A stretch of 64,000 nucleotides of DNA, taken from contig CAVVEU010000024.1 in NCBI GenBank assembly GCA_963747235.1, positions 448,001-512,000 of the forward strand. The letters are read 5' to 3'. Source of the stretch: an uncultured Candidatus Rokubacteria bacterium. GTDB taxonomy: Bacteria; Methylomirabilota; Methylomirabilia; Rokubacteriales; CSP1-6. Each line of letters begins with the position of its first letter. Position 1 is the stretch's first letter. Below the pieces are notes generated by a model. It was not told the DNA's origin. It did no database searches and saw only the letters and a list, made by a program, of their open reading frames with translations. Positions 39,883-50,605 of the stretch are shown here, one piece after another. A program made the translations under genes and the position numbers.

Positions 39883-40923
39883 ATGCGCCAGCTCAAGTAC
39901 CGCGAAGCGATCGACGAAGCGACGCGCCAGGCCATGGCCAAGGACGAGCGGATCTTCGTCATGGGTGTGGGCGTGGACGACCCGAAGGGCATCTTCGGCA
40001 CCACGCGCGGGGCGTTCGAGCAGTTCGGGCCGACCCGCGTGTTCGACACCCCGCTGTCGGAGGCGGCGCTGACCGGCATGGGGGTCGGGGCGGCGATGCG
40101 CGGGTTCCACCCGCTCCTCGTCCACGCCCGCAACGACTTCCTGCTGCTGACGATGGACCAGATCGTGAACAACGCGGCCAAGTGGCGCTACATGTCCGGC
40201 GGCAAGCTCAAGGTGCCGCTCACCATCCGCGCCATCATCGGCCGGGGCTGGGGCCAGGCGGCGCAGCACTCGCAGAGCCTGCAGGCCATGTTCGCGCACG
40301 TGCCCGGCCTGACCGTGATCATGCCCACGACGCCCGCGGACGCCAAGGGACTGCTCATGACCGCGCTCAGCAGCGACAGCCCGGTCATCTGTCTCGAGCA
40401 CCGGTGGCTCTACGACAAGAGCGGCCCGGTGCCGGAGGATCCGTACTACACCCCGTTCGGGGTGGGCTCGGTGGTGCGGCCGGGGCGGGACGTCACGATC
40501 GTGGCCGTCTCGCACATGGTGCTGGAGGCGCTGCAGGCGGCCGAGGCGCTCGCCGCCGAGGGTATCGAGGCCGAGGTGATCGACCCCCGGACCCTCCGGC
40601 CGCTGGACTCCGGGCTGATCTGCCGCTCCGCGGCCAGGACCGGGCGCCTGGTCATCGCGGACACCGGCTGGCGCAGCTACGGGGTCAGCGCGGAGATCGC
40701 GGCGCGTGCGGCCGAGGAGCTGTGGGGGGTGCTGAAGGCGCCCATCAAGCGGGTCGCGCTCCCCGACGTGCCCACGCCGGGCAGCTCGGTCCTCGAGGCG
40801 GCGTACTATCCGGGAACCCGCGAGATCGTCGCCGCGGTGAAGCAGTGCCTGCAGGCCCCGGCGGGCGCCAGCGCGGACGGAGCCATGCCGAGCAGCCGGA
40901 AAGAATTCGAGGGGCCATTCTGA
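39883..40923 (+). CDS. ThDP-dependent E1 beta-like subunit, copy 2
   Basis: FDTPLSE, DQIVNNAAK, GWGQAAQHSQ, LEHRWLY. Confidence 0.92.
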   Translation: MRQLKYREAIDEATRQAMAKDERIFVMGVGVDDPKGIFGTTRGAFEQFGPTRVFDTPLSEAALTGMGVGAAMRGFHPLLVHARNDFLLLTMDQIVNNAAKWRYMSGGKLKVPLTIRAIIGRGWGQAAQHSQSLQAMFAHVPGLTVIMPTTPADAKGLLMTALSSDSPVICLEHRWLYDKSGPVPEDPYYTPFGVGSVVRPGRDVTIVAVSHMVLEALQAAEALAAEGIEAEVIDPRTLRPLDSGLICRSAARTGRLVIADTGWRSYGVSAEIAARAAEELWGVLKAPIKRVALPDVPTPGSSVLEAAYYPGTREIVAAVKQCLQAPAGASADGAMPSSRKEFEGPF

Positions 40924-40924
40924 C

Positions 40925-42094
40925 ATGACGATCTCCGCGAACGTGGTCGACTACGAGCAGGTCACCGGGAGCTACGAGAGCACGCTGAACACGCAGCTCC
41001 GGGGCTTCCGGGGCGGGGCGCGCTTCCTGGAGCACTGGGTCCACGATCCGGACCCGGTCAAGAGTGTCATCAACATGATCGAGGCGGCGGCCACCGACGG
41101 GCTGGCCGACGTCACCGTCCTCCTGGGAGCCCGGAGCCAGGCGGCCCTCGACCTGGGGCGGCTCGATGAGCTGGCCGGCGCCCTCGGCGAGGTGACGACG
41201 GAGGCACAGGAGGGCGGGCTCGCCCTCACGGTCCGCTTCACCAGCGCGGCGGCTGCCGCGCCCGGGCTCGGAGCGGAGGCGCGCGACCGCGCGCGGCGGG
41301 CCCGCGAGGCCCGTGACGCGCGCCTGCGCGCGCAGGCCGGGCCGGCGCCGGCGCCGGCCCGCGACGGGCTCCATCCGGTTTACCGCGAGGCGGTGCGCCA
41401 GATCCTCTCGGGCGCGCTGACGCACGAGGGCCTGGTGGCCACCATGCCGGGCGTGGAGCGGCTCTCGATCGCGCGCGACGGCTGGGTCCTCGAGGCCTTC
41501 GTGGACAGCGCGACGCACCGGGTCCGGGTGGCCCGCCATCGCGGCGCGCGGAAAGAGACGCGCGCCCTCCTCGAGGGGCTGTGCGCGATGATGGAGGACA
41601 AGCCGCTGATCGAATGCGCCGACCACGCGGTGATTCGCCTGGAGTACCGGCTGCGCGATCGTCTCCAGGAGCGTCCGGTGGCCGGCCTCGTCACGCCCGA
41701 GAGTGTCGAGCCGGCCTTCGGGCCGCTCGGCGTCGCGGTGCGCGGGTTGCTGGCCGAATACCGGCGCCGAACCGGCTACGACGTGATCGAGAACCGGTTC
41801 GATCCCGAGCCCTCGGCGGGCTGGAAGGCGCTCACCGCGGAGCAGCGAATGGCTCAAGTGCAGGCCGCGCTGGACGTTCTCGTGGCGCAGCATGGGCTTC
41901 GACCGGGCGACGTGGTCTGCACGCACGTGGATCGCAGCACCCGGACCACGGTCGAGGTGCGCGCCGAGCTTCCCGCGCGGTCGAAGGCCGCCTTGATGAT
42001 GGACCTCGAGCGAGGCCTCAAGGCCCGCGTCGAGTCGATGCTGCACCTGTATCAGGCAGAGATGCACGACAAGAACAAGATTCGGCGGCTCTGA
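40925..42094 (+). CDS. Hypothetical protein with apparent degenerate IscU/NifU-N-like and NifU-C-like domains
   Basis: LEAFVDSATHRVRVARHRG...LLEGLCAMMEDKPLIECA resembles IscU; C-terminal GDVVCTHVD...MDLERGLKARV resembles NifU-C. Confidence 0.55.
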   Translation: MTISANVVDYEQVTGSYESTLNTQLRGFRGGARFLEHWVHDPDPVKSVINMIEAAATDGLADVTVLLGARSQAALDLGRLDELAGALGEVTTEAQEGGLALTVRFTSAAAAAPGLGAEARDRARRAREARDARLRAQAGPAPAPARDGLHPVYREAVRQILSGALTHEGLVATMPGVERLSIARDGWVLEAFVDSATHRVRVARHRGARKETRALLEGLCAMMEDKPLIECADHAVIRLEYRLRDRLQERPVAGLVTPESVEPAFGPLGVAVRGLLAEYRRRTGYDVIENRFDPEPSAGWKALTAEQRMAQVQAALDVLVAQHGLRPGDVVCTHVDRSTRTTVEVRAELPARSKAALMMDLERGLKARVESMLHLYQAEMHDKNKIRRL

Positions 42095-42113
42095 AAGAGG
42101 AGTACCCCACACC

Positions 42114-43238
42114 ATGACGCAGGCACTGACCGACCACACCGACCTCATCCTGGACGGCACCAAGATCCAGTGGCATCTCGACCGGGTGCGCGCCTGGGAG
42201 CGGGGCGAGCGCATCGCGCCGATCACCATCGACATGGCGCTGACCCGAGCCTGCAACTTCGCGTGCCACTTCTGCTACGCCATGCTCCAGGAGAACGACC
42301 GCCAGACGATCACCAAGGAAGTGATCACCGACTTCCTCGACGACTGCGCGGAGATCGGGGTCAAGGGCATCAGCCTGGTCTCGGACGGGGAGAGCACGAT
42401 CTCCCCGGTCTTCGTCCACGCGGTGGTCCACGGCAGCGAGGTGGGCCTCTCCATGGCCTGCGGCACCAACGGCTTCATCTTCAACCGCCGCAAGCTGGAG
42501 GAGGTGCTGCCGCACCTGACCTACCTGCGCATCAACATCTCGGCGGGCGAGCGCAAGCGGTACTCGGAGATCATGGGCGTCAAGGAGGAATGGTTCGATC
42601 GGGTGGTCCAGAACATCCGCGACATGGTGGACATCAAGAAGCGGGAGCACCTGCCGGTGACGATCGGCCTGCAGATGGTGCTGGACCCGCGCTACGGAGA
42701 CCAGATCATGCCGCTGGCCCGCCTGGGCAAGGAGCTGCGGCCGGACTACCTGGTCATCAAGCACTGCAGCGACGACGAGGACGGCACCCTCGGGGTGGAC
42801 TACCAGGCCTATGACCAGCTCTACGACACCCTCAAGGAAGCGGAGGCGCTTTCCGACTCCGAGTACTCGGTGAAGGTGAAGTGGTCGAAGATCGAGGCCA
42901 AGGGCAAGCGCAACTACCAGCGCTGCTACGGGCCCCCGTTCATGCTGCAGATCTCCGGCTCGGGCCTGATCGCGCCCTGCGGGATGCTCTTCAACGAGCG
43001 CTACAAGAAGATGCACATCGGCAACATCTGCGAGCAGCGGTTCAAGGACATCTGGAAGTCCGACCGCTACTGGGAGGTCGTCAACTACCTGGCCTCGCCG
43101 GAGTTCAACGCCCAGAAGATGTGCGGCACCCTCTGCCTGCAGCACAAGGTCAACGAGTATCTCGACGGCTACAAGAAGGGCCTGCACATCCTCCAGGAGC
43201 CCACCGGGCGTCCGCCGCAGCACCTCGACTTCGTCTAG
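42114..43238 (+). CDS. Radical SAM protein with SPASM/twitch domain
   Basis: CNFACHFC, DGES, GTNG; CYGP...GLIAPC...GNI...CGTLC; SD GAGGAG. Confidence 0.92.
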   Translation: MTQALTDHTDLILDGTKIQWHLDRVRAWERGERIAPITIDMALTRACNFACHFCYAMLQENDRQTITKEVITDFLDDCAEIGVKGISLVSDGESTISPVFVHAVVHGSEVGLSMACGTNGFIFNRRKLEEVLPHLTYLRINISAGERKRYSEIMGVKEEWFDRVVQNIRDMVDIKKREHLPVTIGLQMVLDPRYGDQIMPLARLGKELRPDYLVIKHCSDDEDGTLGVDYQAYDQLYDTLKEAEALSDSEYSVKVKWSKIEAKGKRNYQRCYGPPFMLQISGSGLIAPCGMLFNERYKKMHIGNICEQRFKDIWKSDRYWEVVNYLASPEFNAQKMCGTLCLQHKVNEYLDGYKKGLHILQEPTGRPPQHLDFV

Positions 43239-43251
43239 GAAAGGCGCCGCC

Positions 43252-43974
43252 ATCAAGCCGACCATCTCCTTCGTCATCCCGGCGCTCAACGAGGAAGCCA
43301 ACATCGCGGACGCGGTGCGCGAGGCGGCGGCCGCGATGGGCGATCGCTTCCGGGACTACGAGCTGCTGCTGTTCGACGACGGCTCCACCGATCGGACCGG
43401 CGCGATCATGGACCGGCTGGCCGCCGCCGACCCCGGCCATATCCGGGTGACCCACAACCCCACCCCGAGAAACCTGGGCGGGGTGTACAAGCAGGGGATC
43501 GCGCTGGCCCGCATGGACTACATCCTGATGGTCCCCGGGGACAACGAGAACCCGGGGCACGCCCTCCAGGCCCCCTTCGACGCCATCGGCGGCGCCGACA
43601 TCGTGCTGCCGTACCCCGTCAACTCGGCCGTACGCGGCTTCGCCCGCCACACGGTGTCCCGCGTCTATGTCGGGCTGCTGAACCGCCTGTTCGGCCTCCG
43701 GGTTCGCTATTACAACGGCACGGTCATCCACCGCACCGCCAACCTCAAGACGCTCCCCATCAAGACCTCGAGCTTCGCCTACCAGGCCGAGATCCTGATC
43801 AAGCTCCTGTGCGCCGGGAAGACCTTCGTCGAGGTCCCCATCCGGATCGACCCGCCCAAGGAGGGCCGGCGCTCCCGGGCCTTCCGCTGGAAGAACATGA
43901 TGCAGGTCGGCCGCACGCTGGGGGACCTGTTCCTGGATATCCGCGTCCGCCGCCGCCTCCACGCCGCCCGCTGA
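43252..43974 (+). CDS. GT2 glycosyltransferase (paralog-like to 21001)
   Basis: ISFVIPALNEE, FDDGSTD, VPGDNE; the conserved N-terminus begins at ATC 43252. Confidence 0.88.
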   Translation: MKPTISFVIPALNEEANIADAVREAAAAMGDRFRDYELLLFDDGSTDRTGAIMDRLAAADPGHIRVTHNPTPRNLGGVYKQGIALARMDYILMVPGDNENPGHALQAPFDAIGGADIVLPYPVNSAVRGFARHTVSRVYVGLLNRLFGLRVRYYNGTVIHRTANLKTLPIKTSSFAYQAEILIKLLCAGKTFVEVPIRIDPPKEGRRSRAFRWKNMMQVGRTLGDLFLDIRVRRRLHAAR

Positions 43975-44010
43975 CCGCTTCCCCGGCCCCCGGGCCGGCT
44001 TCCCGGGAGT

Positions 44011-44039
44011 TTGAGGATTCCGGGGCCTTTGTCTATCAT
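44011..44039 (+). promoter_or_regulatory. Sigma70-type promoter TTGAGG-N17-TATCAT
   Basis: Canonical spacing; -10 is 14 nt before ATG 44054. Confidence 0.5.
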
Positions 44040-44053
44040 GCGTTCAGGCCCTC

Positions 44054-45109
44054 ATGACGAGCATCCCCCAGAATCTCTGTGTGCCGCCCGGCACCACCAT
44101 CCGAGCGACCCTCGAGGCCATCACCAAGAACGGCCGCCAGGTGGCGCTCGTGACGGACGCGGACGACCGCCTCCTCGGCATCGCGACCGACGGCGATGTC
44201 CGCAAGGCGCTCCTTCGCGGCGCGCCCCTGGACGCGCCGATCGGGGAGAACATGAACGCCACCCCCCTGACCGGGCGCGCCGGGCTCGGACGGACCGAAG
44301 CGGCGGAGCTGATGCGGGCCCGGGCCATGCGGCACCTGCCCCTCGTGGACGGCGCGGGCCGGCTGGTGGACATGGTCTTCCTCGACGATCTGCTCGCGCG
44401 CCGGCCGCTACCCGCCTCCGCGGTGATCATGGCGGGCGGCATGGGCACGCGGCTCCGGCCCCTCACCGAGGAGACGCCGAAGCCGCTGCTGCGCGTGGGG
44501 GGGCGACCGCTCGTCGAGATCCTCATCGAGCGGCTGGCGCACTGCGGGGTGGACGACGTGGTGGTCGCGGTGCACCACAAGTCGGACATGATCCGGGCCC
44601 AGCTCGGCGACGGCGCGCGCTTCGGCGTGCGCCTCTCGTACGTGGACGAGCCCGAGCGCCTCGGCACCATCGGCGCCCTGACCCTCCTGCGCCCGCGGCC
44701 GGTCGATCCGTTCTTCGTCATCAACGGGGACATCCTCACCAAGTGCGACTTCCGGGCGATGTGGGAGTTCCATCGCGCGCAGCGGGCCCGCATGACGGTG
44801 GGCGTCTCGCTCCACCAGGTGGATATCCCGTACGGGGAATTCACCCTGCACGGGACCCGGATCAGCCGGGTGGAGGAGAAGCCGAGGAAGGAGTTCCCGA
44901 TCAACGCCGGGATCTATCTGGTCGATCCCTCGCTCATCGACCTGATCCCGCCCGGGCAGTACTGCGACGCCACCGATCTGATCCGCGCGTGCCTCGAGCG
45001 CGACCATCCGGTCTCCGCGCACCTGATCCGCGAGTACTGGCTCGACGTGGGCCGGCACGACGACCTGCGCAAGGCCGACCGCGACATCGCCGAAGGGCTC
45101 CTGGACTAG
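44054..45109 (+). CDS. CBS-domain sugar-1-phosphate nucleotidyltransferase (PtmE-like)
   Basis: N-terminal CBS pair (TDGDVRKALL), MAGGMGTRLRPLT..PKPLL, INGDIL, YWLDVG. Confidence 0.92.
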   Translation: MTSIPQNLCVPPGTTIRATLEAITKNGRQVALVTDADDRLLGIATDGDVRKALLRGAPLDAPIGENMNATPLTGRAGLGRTEAAELMRARAMRHLPLVDGAGRLVDMVFLDDLLARRPLPASAVIMAGGMGTRLRPLTEETPKPLLRVGGRPLVEILIERLAHCGVDDVVVAVHHKSDMIRAQLGDGARFGVRLSYVDEPERLGTIGALTLLRPRPVDPFFVINGDILTKCDFRAMWEFHRAQRARMTVGVSLHQVDIPYGEFTLHGTRISRVEEKPRKEFPINAGIYLVDPSLIDLIPPGQYCDATDLIRACLERDHPVSAHLIREYWLDVGRHDDLRKADRDIAEGLLD

Positions 45110-45113
45110 GCGC

Positions 45114-46409
45114 GTGAACACCATCGGCGTGGTGGGCATGGGCTATGTCGGCCTCACCATGGCGGTGGCCCTGGCCCGCAAGGGCTTCACCGTGCACGGG
45201 GTGGACGCCTCGCCTACCGTGCTCGCCGCGCTCTCGGAGGGCCGCGCGCATCTCTTCGAGCCCGGCGTCGAGGAAGGGCTCGCCGCATTTCGAGGCGAGC
45301 GCCTGCACGTCGGCCGTGAGCTGCCGGCCGGTGGCGTCGACGCGGTCATGATCTGCGTCTCGACGCCCACGAATCCGGCCACCCACGCGCCCGAGCTGGA
45401 GAACCTCCGCGCGGCGGCGCGTCACGTGGCCGAGCGCTGCGCGCCCGACACGCTCGTGATCGTCCGCTCCACCGTGCCGGTGGGGGCGAGCCGCAAAGTG
45501 GTGCTGCCGGAGCTGACCGGCCGATGGGGCGCAAGCGTCCGCCTGGCGTTCGCCCCGGAGCGGACCATCCAGGGCCAGGCCCTGCGGGAGCTGGACGAGC
45601 TGCCCCAGGTGGTCGGCGGCGTGGATGCGGCGAGCCGCGACGCGGCGGCCGCGCTGTTCTCCCGCGTCACGCGCCGGATCGTGCCCGTCGGGTCGCTCGA
45701 GGCCGCGGAGCTCGTGAAGCTGGTCAACAACTGCCACACCGACCTGATCTACTCCTACGGCAACGAGGTCGCGCTGATGGCCGAGCAGTGGCGCCTCGAT
45801 CCTCTGGAAATCATCCGCGCCGCCAACCTCGACTACCCGCGGCCGGATGTGGCCAAGCCCGGCTACGTCGGCGGCGGCTGCCTCTCGAAGGATCCCTATA
45901 TCCTGATGAGCGCCGCGCGCGCCGCCGGGTACACGCCCTGGCTGGTCGGCCAGGCGCGTGCGCTCAACGAGCACCTGCCGCTCCGGGTGGCCGAGCGGAT
46001 GGTGGCCCTGATCCGCGAGACGCGCGGCAGCGCGGAGGGCGCCCGGCTCGCGGTGCTGGGCTGGGCCTACAAGGGCTGGCCGCCCACCGACGACATGCGC
46101 GGGGCGCCCATCCACGCGATGCTGCCGATCTTCCGCGCGGCCGGATTCGACCTGCGCGGGCACGACTACCTGGTGGCGCCGGACGTCATCCGCGGGCTGG
46201 GCGCCACGCCGGTGAGCGCGGAAGCGGCCTGGGACGGGGCGGACGCGGTGCTGGTCATCACGAACCATCCGGAATATGCCAAGCTCGACCTGCCCGCGCG
46301 GCTTGCCGTGATGCGCCGCCCGGCGGTGCTCTTTGACTCCTGGCGCATCCTGGACGAGGACGCGGCGCGGCGGGCGGGCGTGCGCTACGCGGGCATCGGG
46401 TATGGCTAG
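45114..46409 (+). CDS. Nucleotide-sugar 6-dehydrogenase (WecC/WbpA-like)
   Basis: GMGYVG, RSTVPVG, APER, ELVKLVNN, VGGGCLSKD (catalytic Cys present). Confidence 0.92.
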   Translation: MNTIGVVGMGYVGLTMAVALARKGFTVHGVDASPTVLAALSEGRAHLFEPGVEEGLAAFRGERLHVGRELPAGGVDAVMICVSTPTNPATHAPELENLRAAARHVAERCAPDTLVIVRSTVPVGASRKVVLPELTGRWGASVRLAFAPERTIQGQALRELDELPQVVGGVDAASRDAAAALFSRVTRRIVPVGSLEAAELVKLVNNCHTDLIYSYGNEVALMAEQWRLDPLEIIRAANLDYPRPDVAKPGYVGGGCLSKDPYILMSAARAAGYTPWLVGQARALNEHLPLRVAERMVALIRETRGSAEGARLAVLGWAYKGWPPTDDMRGAPIHAMLPIFRAAGFDLRGHDYLVAPDVIRGLGATPVSAEAAWDGADAVLVITNHPEYAKLDLPARLAVMRRPAVLFDSWRILDEDAARRAGVRYAGIGYG

Positions 46410-47385
46410 AATCCTCGTACTGGGCGGCGCGGGCTTCATCGGCGGCCACCTGGCCGCGCGCCTGGCCGCCGAAGGTCATGCGCTCACCCTGGTGGACGAT
46501 CTCTCGCGCGGCCGCCGCGACGCGGCGCTCGAGGCGCTCACCGCGCGGCCCAATGTCCGCTTCGTCGAGGCGGATCTCACGCGGGCCGGCGCCCTCGACG
46601 CGCTCCCGAGGGACTGGGACCAGGTGTACATGCTGGCCGCCGTGGTCGGGGTGCGCAACGTCGAGACGGATCCCGCGCGGGTGGTGCGGGTGAATACTCT
46701 GTCGCTGCTCCACCTCCTCGACTGGATGCCGGGTCGCGGCGAGGTCCTCTTCTTCGCGTCCACCAGCGAGACCTATGCCGGCGGCGTCGCCGCGGGGCAC
46801 GTGCCGGTGCCGACGCCCGGAGGCGGTGCCGCTCGGCGTGCCGGACGTGGCCGCGCCGCGCTTCGCCTACGCGGCGAGCAAGCTGCTGGGGGAGGCGGCG
46901 GTGATCCACACCGCCCGCGCCCGCGGGCTCCGCGCGGTGATCGGCCGCTTCCACAATGTCTACGGCCCGCGCATGGGCGCCGACCACGTCATTCCCGAGC
47001 TGTCGCTGCGCGCGCTCCGTCGCGAGGATCCGTTCCGGGTCTTCGGGGCCGAGCAGCGCCGCGCCTTCTGCCACGTGGCCGACGCGCTCGAGGCGATGAC
47101 GCGGCTGCTCGCCACCGAGGCGGCGTGGGGGCAGGTGGTGAACATCGGCAACGACGCGGAGGAGACCCAGATCGGCGAGCTGGTGGACCTGATCCTCCGC
47201 ACCGCGCGCTTTGCGCCGCGGGTGGACAACCGGCCCGCGCCCGCGGGCTCGGTGGCGCGCCGCTGCCCGGACATCGGCCGCCTCCGCTCGCTGACCGGCT
47301 TCGCTCCCAAGGTCTCGCTCGAGGCGGGGGTCGCCGAGACCTTCGCGTGGTACCGCGAGTGGTCTGCGCACGAGGGAGCCGGCCG

Positions 47386-47389
<4 letters not shown>
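46402..47389 (+). CDS. Extended SDR, NDP-uronate decarboxylase/epimerase-like (frameshift ~46820)
   Basis: GGAGFIG, ASTSETY, PRFAYAASK, RFHNVYGPRMG, RRCPDI. Confidence 0.85.
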
Positions 47390-48545
<1,156 letters not shown>

Positions 48546-48549
<4 letters not shown>

Positions 48550-49325
48550 GCCGCGCCGTCGAGCTGCGCGACCGTCTCCGGCGCTACTACACCACCTACT
48601 ACCGCGATGTCCTGGGCATCCCCGACTGGTCGGTGCTGGTCGGGCTCCGGGAAGACGAGGAGCGGCAGGAGCGCGGGCGGCTCGATCGGTTGCAGCGGCT
48701 GCTGGGCGGCGACGCCGCCTTGCGCGGGCGAATCCTGAACGTCGGCTGCGGCACCGGCGGGTTCAACCTGGTCGCGGAAGGAGCCGGCGCCCGAGTGGTC
48801 GGGGTGGACGCCGACGCGGAGGCCATCGCGATCTGCGCGCTCAAGCGCGAGAAGGGCGGGAGCGCGTTCGTCCGCGCCGCCGCCGAGCGATTGCCGTTCC
48901 CGGACGGCACCTTCGACGTCGTCTACTGCTTCTCCGCGATCGAGCACGTGGAATCGGTGGAGGAATCGGTGGCCGAGATGGCGCGGGTGACCCGTCGCGG
49001 TGGCCTCATCTACGTGCACACCCCCAATGCCTGGTCCTGGTACGAGGGCCACTACAAGCTGCTCTGGGCGCCGTTCCTGCCCGCTTCTCTGGGACGGCTC
49101 TACCTGAGAGCGCGGGGCCGCCCGAGCGAGTACCTCGCGACATTGCGTCGGCTCACTCCCGGAGCGATGCGCCGGGCCTTCGCGCGTGCGGGCGTGAGCG
49201 ATCTCCGCTTTCACGACGATGAGCCGCCCCGCGAGTCGCTGGGGCCGCTGCGCCTGCCGATCGGGCTCTACTACCGTCTCTCCGGCATCTCTCCGTTCAT
49301 CGAGCTGGTGGCGCGCAAGCCATGA
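48546..49325 (+). CDS. Class I SAM-dependent methyltransferase
   Basis: LNVGCGTG, LPFPDGTFD, AIEHV, YEGHY. Confidence 0.88.
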
Positions 49326-50605
49326 CGTCGATCCTGTTCGCCTCGGAGTACTATCCGCCCTTTGCCCCCGGCGGCGCCGAGTGGAGCACCGCCGCCTGGG
49401 CGGCCGCGCTCGTCCGGCGCGGTCATCGCGTGACGGTGGTGACGCCCAACTACGGGGCGGCGGCCCGGGAAGAGCGCGACGGGGCCACGATCGTCCGCGT
49501 GCCGTTTCCGGTGAAGCTCCGTCCCGGACAGGGTGAGGCGCGCTTCCTCGTGCACCGCAATCCGCTGTTCCATCTCTACTTCGCCTGGCAGGTGCGGCGC
49601 GCGGCGCGCGAGGCAGGAGCCGAGATCATCCACGCCCAGGGCAAGGCGGCCCTGGTGAGCTGCTGGCTGGCCGGCCGAAGCCTCGGCCGTCCCGTGCTGG
49701 CAACGATCCGTGATCTGGGCCTGCTGTGTCCGCTCGGCCACTGCACCGTGTTCGAGCCGTGGGAGCGGTTCGACTGCGCGACCACGCAGTATCTCGGCAA
49801 GTGCCTGCCCTATCACCTGACGCACTACGCCGCCCGCCTCGGCGGGCTCGGGCGCGCGCGGGTGCGCGTCGCCGCGGTTGCCGCCTGGGTGGACACCCGG
49901 ATCCGTCAGCAGGCGATGAAGCGGGTGGCCCGCCTGATCGGCGTGAGCCAGGGCATCCTCGACGTCTACCCGACGCGGCTGCTGGGGCTGCGCGCTCGCG
50001 TGGTGCCCAATCTGCCACCGCCGGTGCCGGTGCCGTCGGATGCGGACGCCCGGGCCGTGCGCGATCGCCTCGGCGTCGGGGGCGCGCCCCTGGTGCTCTA
50101 CGCGGGCAAGCTCTCGATCGGGAAGGGGACGTTGGTGTTGCTGGAGGCGCTCGACCGCATCGCCGCCGCGGTGGCGGGCGTCCGCTTCGCGCTCGCGGGG
50201 AAGGGGGACATGGCGATTCCGTCGCGCCCGGATCTGCGCGTGCTTGGCGTGCTGCCGCAGGTCGAGCTGTTCGCGCTCTACCGCGCCGCCGACGTGGTCG
50301 TGGTGCCCTCGGTGTGGCCCGAGCCGCTGAGCCGCGTGCTGCTGGAGGTCATGCGGATCGGCCGGCCGGTGGTGGCGACCGCGGTCGGCGGGACGCCGGA
50401 GGCGGTCGAGCACGGTGTCACCGGCCTGCTGGTGCCGCGGCAGGACCCGGAGGCGCTCGCCAAGGCGGTGATCGAGCTGCTGCTCGACCCCGAGCGTCGG
50501 GCCCGCATGGGCCGGGCGGCCGTCGAGCGCGCCCGCACCGCCTTCGACGAGGAGCGCCTGGTGACCGCGCTGCTGGAGATCTATCGCGAGGCCGCCGCCG
50601 GGTGA
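49322..50605 (+). CDS. GT4 glycosyltransferase
   Basis: YYPPFAPGGAE, PSVWPEPLSRVLLE, VGGTPE. Confidence 0.92.
   Translation: MTSILFASEYYPPFAPGGAEWSTAAWAAALVRRGHRVTVVTPNYGAAAREERDGATIVRVPFPVKLRPGQGEARFLVHRNPLFHLYFAWQVRRAAREAGAEIIHAQGKAALVSCWLAGRSLGRPVLATIRDLGLLCPLGHCTVFEPWERFDCATTQYLGKCLPYHLTHYAARLGGLGRARVRVAAVAAWVDTRIRQQAMKRVARLIGVSQGILDVYPTRLLGLRARVVPNLPPPVPVPSDADARAVRDRLGVGGAPLVLYAGKLSIGKGTLVLLEALDRIAAAVAGVRFALAGKGDMAIPSRPDLRVLGVLPQVELFALYRAADVVVVPSVWPEPLSRVLLEVMRIGRPVVATAVGGTPEAVEHGVTGLLVPRQDPEALAKAVIELLLDPERRARMGRAAVERARTAFDEERLVTALLEIYREAAAG

Noticed and set aside
43975-44032. Intrinsic terminator after the GT2 gene
   Set aside because: Imperfect stem with only a 3-T tail, overlapping a better-supported promoter
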